A DNA stretch of 64,000 bases from Spirochaetia bacterium (GTDB taxonomy: Bacteria; Spirochaetota; Spirochaetia; UBA9216): contig OY776510.1 of NCBI GenBank assembly GCA_963675665.1, positions 1,952,001 through 2,016,000 of the forward strand. Reading direction: 5' to 3'. Position 1 is the stretch's first letter; every line of letters starts with the position of its first letter. Positions 48,192-57,552 of the stretch are shown here, in pieces. Below the pieces are notes generated by a model. The model did no database searches, was not told where the DNA came from, and saw nothing but the letters and a program-made list of their open reading frames with translations. A program made the position numbers and the translations under genes.

Positions 48192-49185
48192 AAACGCCAT
48201 GTTTTTTTTTATTACACTATCGGTTTTCTTTATCCTGCTTTCAGGATGTTCGAATAAGGAAGATTCTTCGGCGGACGATGTCCAGGCTGATAATAAACAG
48301 TTGAAATATGATAAACAAATTAAGGTCGGCTTCTCCCAGATGGAGAACGATAATCCGTGGAGAATATGCGAAACAAACAGTGTGCTCTCCGAAGCGTCGA
48401 TTCGGGGTTATGAAGTTGTTTACAGAGACGCTGAAAGCCAGGTATTCAGGCAGATTGAGGATGTTGAGTACATGATTTCCCAGGGGGTTGATATTATTCT
48501 TCTTGCGCCCAGGCAGTACGAAGAAGCCCGTCAGGCGCTGGTTCTTGCACGTGAAGCCGGAGTTCCAATAATCCTTCTGGACAGAACGGTAAGAGGCGAA
48601 CCCGGCGTTGATTATGTAACGAATATTATGGGCAATTTCATTGAAGTCGGAAGTCGGGCCTGCAGGATAATAGCAGAAAAATATGAAGGAAAAAGGTGTA
48701 ATGTTGTGGAGCTTAGAGGGACTGAAGGCGCTTCATGTGCGATAGAACTTTCAGAAGGATTCAGGCAGGAAATGGCAAACCATCCCAATATGAAAATAAT
48801 CGCCTCTGAGTCCGGGGATTTCAACCGTTCGGATGCCCAAAAAGTAATAGAGACCATTATCCAGAATTACGGTTCCGAGATAGACGCTGTTTTTGGTCAT
48901 AGCGATGAAGAGGGTATAGCAGCCATCCAGGCTTTCAAGGCTGTGGGGATTAAACCCAACGAAGATGTATTCATCGTAACAATGTGCGGGATGAAAGACG
49001 CGTTAAAGGCAATTGTCGGCGGCGACCTGCTGGCTTCGATAGAATGTTCACCGCGTCTTGGACCGATTGCTTTTGATACGATTGAAGCTTATTTTCGTGG
49101 TGAGGATATTCCCGTTTATATTGAAATGCCCGGGAAAACCTATGATATTACAAATGCCGAGGAATTAATGTCTGAGGGTTATTAA
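48169..49185 (+). CDS. YtfQ-like sugar-binding lipoprotein (orphan, probable sensory component)
   Basis: Lipobox 'LSGC'; 'VGFSQMENDNPWR', 'PIILLDR', 'IECSP'; overlaps yesN; no adjacent permease. Confidence 0.85.
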   Translation: MKMNFRIKNAMFFFITLSVFFILLSGCSNKEDSSADDVQADNKQLKYDKQIKVGFSQMENDNPWRICETNSVLSEASIRGYEVVYRDAESQVFRQIEDVEYMISQGVDIILLAPRQYEEARQALVLAREAGVPIILLDRTVRGEPGVDYVTNIMGNFIEVGSRACRIIAEKYEGKRCNVVELRGTEGASCAIELSEGFRQEMANHPNMKIIASESGDFNRSDAQKVIETIIQNYGSEIDAVFGHSDEEGIAAIQAFKAVGIKPNEDVFIVTMCGMKDALKAIVGGDLLASIECSPRLGPIAFDTIEAYFRGEDIPVYIEMPGKTYDITNAEELMSEGY

Positions 49186-49232
49186 TCATTGAAAGATTTA
49201 AATATCCGATAGATACAAACAGCTTTCAGAGA

Positions 49233-49883
49233 TTAACCGGGATAATAAAAAGCCTCCAGGTGTTCCTTTATCAGAGCTTTCGCTTCGCGTTTTTTCCGCT
49301 TTCGTATGGCTTCCGTCAGCGGAAGGTGATGTGAGGGGCCTTTCTTGATATCTTCTTCAGAAGAGTAGACAGTTGCTCGTAAAAGCTGCACTTTCACGTC
49401 GAGATTCTGCATTATTTCGAACAGGTAAGGGTTTCCGCTGATCCTGGCCAGTTCCATATGGAACTGGCTGTCCTTTTCAAAAAGCTCTGAGTGCATTCCC
49501 CTGGAAGCCAGTGATATACATTCTCTTGCTATTTCCTCAAGGTGATCGCAGTCTTCGTCGGTAGCATTGCCGATGCATTCATCAACGGCAAGCGTATCAA
49601 GCAGTATTCGAATTTTCCCGATATGTTCTTTATCTTCCAGAGACAGCTTAACTACCTCGGCATACTGTCGGGGTTTTATTGTTATAAGGCCGTATCTTTC
49701 AAGACGTCTTAAAGCTTCTCTTATGGGAGTCCTGGAAAGTCCGAAAGATTTGGCAATTTCTTCTTCGGAGATCCTTTCTCCTCCCTTGATTTCGCTGTTA
49801 AGGATCATTCTCTTTATTCTGTCGTATACCTGTTCACTCAGATTCTTTTTGTCGATGGGTTGATTCATAGGTATTTTTGCCAT
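49233..49883 (-). CDS. GntR/FadR-subfamily regulator (HTH + FCD)
   Basis: 'LSEQVY..IK', 'SRTPIREAL..LE', 'DSQFH...ISGN', 'H..L..AI'. Confidence 0.9.
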   Translation of the reverse strand: MAKIPMNQPIDKKNLSEQVYDRIKRMILNSEIKGGERISEEEIAKSFGLSRTPIREALRRLERYGLITIKPRQYAEVVKLSLEDKEHIGKIRILLDTLAVDECIGNATDEDCDHLEEIARECISLASRGMHSELFEKDSQFHMELARISGNPYLFEIMQNLDVKVQLLRATVYSSEEDIKKGPSHHLPLTEAIRKRKKREAKALIKEHLEAFYYPG

Positions 49884-49966
49884 GGGTTCCTTCTCGTTAC
49901 ATCTTTTATTTTATGTATATTGTACACCAAAACCAAAGGATAGTACATATGCATGTTTTCAATAAC

Positions 49967-50029
49967 TTGACAAAAGGCTCTAACAGATCTATATTTTAAG
50001 TGTATTGAGCATTGTGCATTGTGTACAAT
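49967..50029 (+). promoter_or_regulatory. sigma70 promoter of the aor-tkt operon with downstream putative GntR operator
   Basis: TTGACA(49967)-17-TATATT, then TTGTGCATTGTGTACAAT (50012-50029). Confidence 0.62.
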
Positions 50030-50043
50030 TAGGAGGGATTTTA

Positions 50044-51867
50044 ATGGAAGGATACTACAACAGGCTGATTGAAATAGATTTGTCTTCAGGTTTTAAAAAT
50101 GTAAAAGAGATAGGAAAAGATGTGTTGCAGAAATATATAGGCGGTAGCGGCCTCGGAGCCAGAATTTTATATGATTCAACAGGTCCTCAAACTGATCCGC
50201 TTGGGCCGGAAAATGTAATGATCTGGGCAACGGGACCTGTCTCAGCCACTGCGGGGTTTAATTCGGACCGCTTCGAAGTTGTAAGTAAATCTCCGCAGTC
50301 CGGAATTTACGGCGAGGCTTCGTGCGGTGGTAAGTGGGGCAGCCGTTTTAAAAAGACGGGTTATGATGCGATTGTTGTAAAAGGAAAGGCTGATTTCCCT
50401 GTATATCTGAAAATAAGCGATCAGGAAATAGAGATAAAAAGTGCGGAGAACCTCTGGGGGCTAGATACATTTCAAACACAGAGAATATTAAAAGAACTGG
50501 AAGGGAAATCATGCGAAGTTGCATGCATAGGACCGTCCGGAGAAAAAATGGTCAGAATAGCGGCAATAATAGCCGACGGGGCGCACGGCAGGGCCGCCGG
50601 AAGATGCGGGCTTGGGGCGGTCATGGGTTCAAAAAATCTGAAAGCTGTAGTTGTTGCCGGTTCCAGTTCTCCCGATATACACAACCAGGATCAAATTAAG
50701 GAAATTAATAAGTCCCTGAATAAATCCATGAAAGAGGAAGCTGCAGGCATGCGTGAGGCAGGTACAACCTGCGCACTTGATTTCTTTGAAGAGATTGGCA
50801 ATCTCCCGATAAAAAACTGGTATCAGGGCAACTGGCCCGAGGGCGCGGAGAAGATAAAAGGTTATACGACAGTTAAGACCCACAATTTGAAAAATTACGC
50901 CTGCGGCAAATGTCCGATTGCATGCGGTAAGGTCGGAACAGCGAAGGGCGGGCCTTACGACGGTGAAAAGGTTGCCGCCCCTGAGTATGAGACAGTCGGC
51001 CTGATGGGGGCAAATCTGCTCATCGATGATTATGACGTGATACTTAAGGAAAACGAGATATGCAACCGTTACGGGGTTGATACGATAGCCGCCGGAAACA
51101 CGATTGCAGCCGCCATGGAAGCCTTCGAGAAGGGCATTCTGTCGAAAGAAGATACCGAAGGTATTGACCTGCGGTTCGGAAACGGCGAGGCTGCTCTGGA
51201 AGCCCTTGAAAAACTCTGCAACGCGGAAGGCCGGCTTGGAAAACTGCTTTGCGACGGCGTAAGAAGCTTTGCAGAAAAAACCGGGCCCGGGGTTGCCGAG
51301 TTTGCCCAGCATGTGAAAGGCCTTGAATTTCCGGCCCATGATCCAAGGGCCAATTTTTCGCTGGCCCTTGCATATGCCACCTCAAACAGGGGTGCATGTC
51401 ATTTGTCTTTTACCCAGGATTATGAAGAAGCATTCGTAGAGAACCTTGGTGTTGAAGCTTCTGAGGGGAGGTTCTCACCCAAAAAAGCGGCGATAGTAGC
51501 AAGGATGCAGGACTGGTCATGTCTCTTTGATTCTTTATGCATCTGCAAATTTGCGCGGTACGGAGGCTTAATGGTGCAGCATACGCTCGATTATCTTAAT
51601 GCATCTACCGGCTGGAACATGTCGGTAGAAGATTTTCTTAAAACCGGCGAGCGTATATTCAACCTGAAACGATTATATAATCAGCGGCACGGAATCTCCA
51701 GAAAAGACGATACTCTTCCGCCCCGGATACTTACGCACAGACGGGGAGGCGGGACGAATGAGCTTCCGCCGTTGAATTTAATGTTAAGCGATTATTATGA
51801 ATTCCGCGGATGGGATGAAACCGGCAGGGTTTCAGAACAGAAAAAACAGGAGTTGGAGTTAGTATGA
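50044..51867 (+). CDS. aor: Tungsten-type aldehyde:ferredoxin oxidoreductase family protein
   Basis: 'GGSGLG', 'GRCGLGAVMGSKNLKA', 'CGKCPIAC', 'PEYET', 'DTI', 'HDPR', 'RGACH', 'DSLCIC'; ATG after AGGAGG. Confidence 0.88.
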   Translation: MEGYYNRLIEIDLSSGFKNVKEIGKDVLQKYIGGSGLGARILYDSTGPQTDPLGPENVMIWATGPVSATAGFNSDRFEVVSKSPQSGIYGEASCGGKWGSRFKKTGYDAIVVKGKADFPVYLKISDQEIEIKSAENLWGLDTFQTQRILKELEGKSCEVACIGPSGEKMVRIAAIIADGAHGRAAGRCGLGAVMGSKNLKAVVVAGSSSPDIHNQDQIKEINKSLNKSMKEEAAGMREAGTTCALDFFEEIGNLPIKNWYQGNWPEGAEKIKGYTTVKTHNLKNYACGKCPIACGKVGTAKGGPYDGEKVAAPEYETVGLMGANLLIDDYDVILKENEICNRYGVDTIAAGNTIAAAMEAFEKGILSKEDTEGIDLRFGNGEAALEALEKLCNAEGRLGKLLCDGVRSFAEKTGPGVAEFAQHVKGLEFPAHDPRANFSLALAYATSNRGACHLSFTQDYEEAFVENLGVEASEGRFSPKKAAIVARMQDWSCLFDSLCICKFARYGGLMVQHTLDYLNASTGWNMSVEDFLKTGERIFNLKRLYNQRHGISRKDDTLPPRILTHRRGGGTNELPPLNLMLSDYYEFRGWDETGRVSEQKKQELELV

Positions 51868-52715
51868 TGGTAGAAATGGAAGCAGTAGAACTGGAGCAGC
51901 TTCGGGAAAAAGCAAAAAAAATACGATTGCTCACAATCGAAGCTATTGGGAATCTCGGCGTGGGGCATGTCGGCGGTTCCATGTCGATTATTGAAGTGTT
52001 GACCGTACTTTATTACAGTCAGATGAATGTTGATCCGGGTAATCCCGGGATGCCCGGCAGGGATAAACTTGTCCTGTCCAAAGGTCATGCTGGGCCGGCC
52101 CTTTATGCAACCCTTGCAGAAAAAGGTTTTTTCCCTGTTGAATGGCTGGAAACCCTGAATCAGGGCGGAACGAATCTGCCCAGCCATTGCGACAAGAACA
52201 GAACCCCAGGCATTGATATGACAACCGGATCTCTGGGGCAGGGGCTTTCGGCTGCCGTTGGAATTGCTCTGGCGGACAGATTGAAAAAACATGATAATTA
52301 TATCTTTTGCATCGTAGGCGACGGCGAATCGGAAGAAGGTCAGGTGTGGGAAGCTGCAATGGCCGCTGCTCATTATGGTGTCGGTAAGCTGATTGCCTTT
52401 ACCGATTACAACAAAATGAATATTGACGGATATACGAGAGATATCATGAATCTTGATGATCTTGGTGCAAAATGGTCGGCTTTCAACTGGCATGTACAGA
52501 GGGTAAATGGTCACGAAATGGCGGAGATAAATGAGGCTGTAGAAAGGGCAAAGAAAATAACCGAGCGGCCTTCAATGATAATACTCGACACAATTAAAGG
52601 AAAGGGCTGTTCCTTTGCTGAAGGAAAACTCGGAAGTCATAATATGCCGGTCAGTCAGCAGCAAAAAAATGAAGCTATTGCAGCCCTGAATCAGGAGGTC
52701 TCCAGTGGAAGATAA
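51864..52715 (+). CDS. Split transketolase, N-terminal (TPP-binding) subunit
   Basis: 'GHVGGSMS', 'LSKGHAGP', 'TGSLGQG', 'GDGESEEG', 'TIKGKG'. Confidence 0.92.
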   Translation: MMVEMEAVELEQLREKAKKIRLLTIEAIGNLGVGHVGGSMSIIEVLTVLYYSQMNVDPGNPGMPGRDKLVLSKGHAGPALYATLAEKGFFPVEWLETLNQGGTNLPSHCDKNRTPGIDMTTGSLGQGLSAAVGIALADRLKKHDNYIFCIVGDGESEEGQVWEAAMAAAHYGVGKLIAFTDYNKMNIDGYTRDIMNLDDLGAKWSAFNWHVQRVNGHEMAEINEAVERAKKITERPSMIILDTIKGKGCSFAEGKLGSHNMPVSQQQKNEAIAALNQEVSSGR

Positions 52716-53652
52716 AGATATGCGGAATATTTACAGCGACACGCTTTGTGAGCTTGCATCGCAGAATGAAGATATTATTGTACTCGATGCCGATTTATCG
52801 GGAGCAAACGGGATTTCAGAATTCGGAAAGAAATTTCCTGAACGGCTGATAAATGTAGGTGTAGCCGAAGCTAATATGGTAGGTATTGCTTCAGGACTTT
52901 CCGCCGGAGGAATGATCCCGTTTGCTTCCAGTTTTGCCTGCTTTGCCGCAAGACGGGCATTTGATCAGTTTTTTATCTCATCAAATTACGCGAAATGTAA
53001 GATCAATCTTGTGGGTACAGACCCCGGAATATCAGCCCTTTATAACGGCGGAACTCATATGGCCTTTGAAGACATAGGTCTTATGAGAAGTGTTCCCGAA
53101 ATGATAGTTTTTGAACCCTCCGACATTGTTTCGTTGAAAGCCCTTGTAAAAGAAGCCGCTGAAGTGCCGGTTTCAACATACATGCGGCTTCACAGGAAGG
53201 GCACTAACAGGTTATATGATGAATCTGAAAAATTTGAATTCGGAAAAGGCAAGGTGCTGGCAGACGGCAGTGATATTGCCATTTTTGCTACCGGTTTTAT
53301 CCTCGTTAAGGAAGCTCTTGAAGCAGCCGCCTATCTGGAAAAGCACGGCATCAGTGCGGCCGTAATAGATATGATGACGGTTAAACCGATTGACGAGGAA
53401 CTGGTTCTAAAATATGCGGAAAAAACAGGAGCTGTTCTGACTTGTGAAAATCATCAGGTTTCCACAGGAATGGGTTCAGCCGTTGCAGCGCTTTTGTCAG
53501 AGAAATTTCCGGTACCGGTTTGTTTGCATGGAGTGAAAGACCAGTTCGGCGAAGTAGGTGATCTTGAATATTTAAAACAGAGATTCGGTTTTAATTCTGT
53601 AAAAATTATTGAATTGGCCCAAAAGCTTCTGTTGCGGAAAAAAACAGCATAA
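52705..53652 (+). CDS. Split transketolase, C-terminal subunit
   Basis: 'DADL', 'GVAEANM', 'NGGTHM', 'YMRL', 'VKPID', 'ENH'. Confidence 0.92.
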   Translation: MEDKDMRNIYSDTLCELASQNEDIIVLDADLSGANGISEFGKKFPERLINVGVAEANMVGIASGLSAGGMIPFASSFACFAARRAFDQFFISSNYAKCKINLVGTDPGISALYNGGTHMAFEDIGLMRSVPEMIVFEPSDIVSLKALVKEAAEVPVSTYMRLHRKGTNRLYDESEKFEFGKGKVLADGSDIAIFATGFILVKEALEAAAYLEKHGISAAVIDMMTVKPIDEELVLKYAEKTGAVLTCENHQVSTGMGSAVAALLSEKFPVPVCLHGVKDQFGEVGDLEYLKQRFGFNSVKIIELAQKLLLRKKTA

Positions 53653-53666
53653 TAAGGGGACACTTA

Positions 53667-54422
53667 ATGAATCAGGAAATAAACCGGCTTTTTGATCTTG
53701 CAGGTAAATCGGCAATCGTTGTCGGAGGCGCTTCGGGCCTTGGAAAGGCAATGGCTGAAGCTCTTTCCGGAGCAGGGGCCGAAGTCCTTATCGCAGATTT
53801 AAATATTGAATCGGTTAAGGGATATGAAACTTTCCGGCTTGATATAAGAATACAGTCCGAGGTTGAAGCAATGGTTAAAAAAGCTGTAGAAATATTCGGA
53901 ATGATCGATATCCTTGTGGACAGTGCCGGGCTCTCAATTACCGGGATACCGATGATTGATTTTGATGAAAGCAAATGGAATAAAATAATTGATGTAAATA
54001 TGAAAGGAATGTTCTTTGTTAATCAGGCTGTCGCAAAACAGATGATTAAGCAGCAAAGCGGCAAAATCATCAATATTGCTTCAATGTCTTCAGTGATTAT
54101 TAACCAGAATCCCTATGGATCAAGCGGAGTTTACTGCACCTCCAAGGGGGGGGTGGTAAATCTGACGAAAGCTTTTGCATCGGACCTTGCCCCGTATAAT
54201 ATAACTGTCAATGCCATAAGTCCCGGATACATGCGAACGCCGCTGTCGGCTTCTTTCTGGGAGAACAAGGAAGACAGCGCTGAAAAATGTTCTAAAATAC
54301 CGCTCGGCAGACCCGGCGAGCCCGACGAACTGAAAGGTCTTATTGTTTATATGGCTTCAGATTCATCAAACTATATGACCGGATCGAATGTTATGATTGA
54401 CGGCGGGTATACAATCTGGTAG
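53667..54422 (+). CDS. SDR oxidoreductase (gluconate 5-dehydrogenase/polyol dehydrogenase-like)
   Basis: 'GGASGLG', 'ASMS', 'YCTSK', 'NAISPGY', 'IDGGYTIW'. Confidence 0.87.
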   Translation: MNQEINRLFDLAGKSAIVVGGASGLGKAMAEALSGAGAEVLIADLNIESVKGYETFRLDIRIQSEVEAMVKKAVEIFGMIDILVDSAGLSITGIPMIDFDESKWNKIIDVNMKGMFFVNQAVAKQMIKQQSGKIINIASMSSVIINQNPYGSSGVYCTSKGGVVNLTKAFASDLAPYNITVNAISPGYMRTPLSASFWENKEDSAEKCSKIPLGRPGEPDELKGLIVYMASDSSNYMTGSNVMIDGGYTIW

Positions 54423-54573
54423 CCGTGTTCCCGCGGCTGCCTTTAAGGGCAGTGAAAAATATAATGTGAAATTCTTCATTTTTATTTCTCCTTAAAAAGG
54501 TTATTATTAGGCTGTAGGAACCAAAAAAATAAGTTATACAGGATATGTTCTTATAAAAGCACTTGTTAAGGAG

Positions 54574-55476
54574 ATGAGTATGGAAAAAACCCTTGTAGTA
54601 ATGGCGGCCGGAATGGGATCCAGGTACGGCGGTTTGAAACAGCTGGATTCCATAGGCCCCTCAGGGGAAACAATAATAGATTATTCAATTTATGATGCCT
54701 GGAAATCAGGATTTACCAAAGTTATATTTATTATAAGAAAAGATATTGAGTCCGACTTCAGGAAAAAAATAGGGGATAAATATGCCGGGAAAATGGATGT
54801 CAGATATGTTTTCCAGGAACTTGATGATCTCCCTGATGGGTTTTTCCCGCCGTCCGGAAGAAGCAAGCCTTGGGGAACCGGTCATGCAATGCTTACTGCG
54901 GGGAAGGAGATAAATGATCCTTTTTTGATAATAAACGCGGATGATCTCTACGGCAGGGAAGGCTTCAGGGCTGCCGGAGAATATCTGGGATCAATGTCGC
55001 CTGAAAAGCCGGGCGCAGCGATGGTCGGATATTATCTTAAAAACACTCTTTCGGGCAACGGGACAGTGGCCCGCGGGGTATGTATGGCCGACGGGAACGA
55101 CTGCCTTACGCATGTTACCGAAGTTCAGGGAATATACCGGGATAAATCGGGGGAGATTCTTTCTGAAGGCGGGAAAAAACTGGATGATGAACGGATAGTG
55201 TCCATGAATATGTGGATGTTTTCTCCGGCCGTTCTGAGTTATGCCGAATCCCTTTTTACAGAATTCCTGAACAGCAATATGGACAATCCAAAATCCGAGT
55301 TTTTTATCCCAACTGTTGTTCAGAGCCTTATAACTGAACGTGATGCCCGTGTTCCTGTGCTGCGTACCGCCGCAAAATGGTATGGGGTAACTTACAGGGA
55401 GGATAAAGCAGAAGTTGTTGAAATGATTAAAAAAGCCGTAGACAACGGTACATATCCGGGCCGATTGTGGGAATGA
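54574..55476 (+). CDS. Sugar-phosphate nucleotidyltransferase family protein
   Basis: 'AAGMGSRYGGLKQ', 'KPWGTGHA', 'INADD', 'SMNMW', 'WYGVTY'. Confidence 0.85.
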   Translation: MSMEKTLVVMAAGMGSRYGGLKQLDSIGPSGETIIDYSIYDAWKSGFTKVIFIIRKDIESDFRKKIGDKYAGKMDVRYVFQELDDLPDGFFPPSGRSKPWGTGHAMLTAGKEINDPFLIINADDLYGREGFRAAGEYLGSMSPEKPGAAMVGYYLKNTLSGNGTVARGVCMADGNDCLTHVTEVQGIYRDKSGEILSEGGKKLDDERIVSMNMWMFSPAVLSYAESLFTEFLNSNMDNPKSEFFIPTVVQSLITERDARVPVLRTAAKWYGVTYREDKAEVVEMIKKAVDNGTYPGRLWE

Positions 55477-55514
55477 GTTCAGTATTTCCCGGATAAAGAT
55501 TTGATTTTTTTATG

Positions 55515-55577
55515 TTGACACCGGCAGCCTGTTGTAACACAATTGAAATTATGTTAATTATTTAAATATTTCAATTG
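55515..55577 (+). promoter_or_regulatory. Promoter and candidate operator upstream of long nagB
   Basis: TTGACA(55515)-17-CACAAT. The ATTATTTAAATATTT core is shared with the 58628-58647 palindrome. Confidence 0.5.
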
Positions 55578-55590
55578 CCGGAGCATAATA

Positions 55591-57537
55591 ATGACTATTG
55601 GTTTGGTTCATAAAATGAAAGAACCGCTTAAGATATCCGGAACCGGGCCTGAACGTATTAAAACGTCCGTTTATCCCGACTGCGATCAGGCGGCCAGGGA
55701 GCTGGCTTTACTGGTAGTGGAGAAGATTGCAAAGAGGGCGGCAGAAGGAAAAGAACTTGTTCTGTGTCTGCCTACAGGTTTGACGCCCATTCCTTTTTAC
55801 AGGGAAATGATCAGTCTTCACCGTAAAGAGGGGCTTTCATTAAAAAATGTGAAGGTTTTTGTCCTTGATGAATATTATCCTGTGGATCCCGGTTCGCCTC
55901 ATTCCTACAATGCCCTGTTGAGGAGGGAGTTTTTATCCCGGGTTGATATTCCGGAAGAAAATATATACTTCCTTAAAGGAGATATCCCGGAAGAAAGTCT
56001 TTATGATTACTGTGCCGAATATGAAAGGCTCATTGAAAACGCGGGTGGAATTGATATTCAGCTTCTGGGAGTGGGGAAGTCGGGCCATATAGGTTTTAAC
56101 GAACCCGGTTCGCCTACTACTACAAACACAAGGGCAGTAACTCTTGATAAACTGACCAGAATTGATGCTGCGGAAGAATTTCTGGGACTGGAAAATGTGC
56201 CTTCCAAGGCGCTTACGCTTGGAATTGGTACTATCATGAAGGCCCGGAAAGTCTACCTTATGGCCTGGGGCAGCGCCAAATCAGGAATTGTAAAAGAAAG
56301 TCTGGAGGGCGAGGTTTCAACAAAGGTACCGCCTACAGTGCTGCAGCACCACTCCAATGCCGAGTTTTTTCTGGACCAGGAAGCAGCTTCGGAACTTACC
56401 CGTTTTAATACGCCATGGCTTGTAGGTTCCTGTAAGTGGAATGACAGGCTTATAAGAAAAGCGGTTGTCTGGCTGTGTCTCCGTGTCGGGAAACCTGTGC
56501 TGAAACTCACCGACAAACACTATTCGGATAACGGGCTTGGCGAGCTGATCACCAAGCATGGCCCGTCTGGACGGATAAATATCAAGGTTTTTAACGATCT
56601 GCAGCATACTATTTCCGGGTGGCCGGGAGGAAAACCGGAGGTGGATGATACATTCAGGCCCGAAAGAAAAGCACCGTATCCCAAGAGGTGCGTGGTTTTC
56701 AGCCCCCATCCCGACGATGATGTAATTTCCATGGGAGGGACGCTGTCGAGACTGGTAGAACAAAAACATGAAGTGCATGTGGCCTACCAGACTTCAGGAA
56801 GCGTAGCCGTAGCCGATGAGTATATTCTTAAATACTTTCATTTTATGGAAAATTATGAACGTCTTTTCTATCCTTTATCTGAAAAAACCGGTAAAATAAA
56901 CAGGGAAATTGAAGAGTTTTTGCGGAACAGAAAACCGGATGAAATTGAAAGCAGCGAAATCAGAAAGCTGAAAGGTCTTGTCCGAAGGGGAGAAGCCGTG
57001 GCTGCCTGCGGTTATTTCGGAATACCCGAAGAGAGGCTCCATTTTCTGGACCTTCCGTTCTATGAGACCGGTCTGGCGGAAAAACTGCCTGCGGGTAAAG
57101 AAGATGTAGATATAGTCGTTAACATTCTTGAAGAGATAAAACCGCATCAGATTTTTGCCGCAGGCGATTTGGTTGACCCTCACGGGACCCACAAGGTCTG
57201 TATAGGAGTTGTTCTGGAGGCTTTATCGGTTCTCAAAAAAAGGAATACAGCATGGCTTAAAGACTGCTGGGTCTGGCTGTACAGAGGCGCCTGGCAGGAT
57301 TGGGAACTTGACAAGGTTGATATGGCTGTGCCTGTAAGCCCTGATGAATTGTCTGCAAAAACAAGGGCCATACTCAAGCACACCAGCCAGAAAGACGGTG
57401 CTCTTTTTATGGGAGAAGACAGCAGGGAATTCTGGCAGCGCGCAGAAGAAAGAAACCGCGCCACAGCCGGTTTGTACGACAGCCTGGGGATGGCCGAATA
57501 TGAAGCCATGGAATTATTTGTAAGGTATATTTTTTAG
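55591..57537 (+). CDS. nagB: Long glucosamine-6-phosphate deaminase with C-terminal PIG-L/LmbE-like domain (NagB-II type)
   Basis: 'LPTGLTP', 'LDEYY', 'GHIGFNEPGS'; C-terminal 'SPHPDDD', 'DPHGTH'. Confidence 0.88.
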   Translation: MTIGLVHKMKEPLKISGTGPERIKTSVYPDCDQAARELALLVVEKIAKRAAEGKELVLCLPTGLTPIPFYREMISLHRKEGLSLKNVKVFVLDEYYPVDPGSPHSYNALLRREFLSRVDIPEENIYFLKGDIPEESLYDYCAEYERLIENAGGIDIQLLGVGKSGHIGFNEPGSPTTTNTRAVTLDKLTRIDAAEEFLGLENVPSKALTLGIGTIMKARKVYLMAWGSAKSGIVKESLEGEVSTKVPPTVLQHHSNAEFFLDQEAASELTRFNTPWLVGSCKWNDRLIRKAVVWLCLRVGKPVLKLTDKHYSDNGLGELITKHGPSGRINIKVFNDLQHTISGWPGGKPEVDDTFRPERKAPYPKRCVVFSPHPDDDVISMGGTLSRLVEQKHEVHVAYQTSGSVAVADEYILKYFHFMENYERLFYPLSEKTGKINREIEEFLRNRKPDEIESSEIRKLKGLVRRGEAVAACGYFGIPEERLHFLDLPFYETGLAEKLPAGKEDVDIVVNILEEIKPHQIFAAGDLVDPHGTHKVCIGVVLEALSVLKKRNTAWLKDCWVWLYRGAWQDWELDKVDMAVPVSPDELSAKTRAILKHTSQKDGALFMGEDSREFWQRAEERNRATAGLYDSLGMAEYEAMELFVRYIF

Positions 57538-57552
57538 AACAAGGAAGCAACA

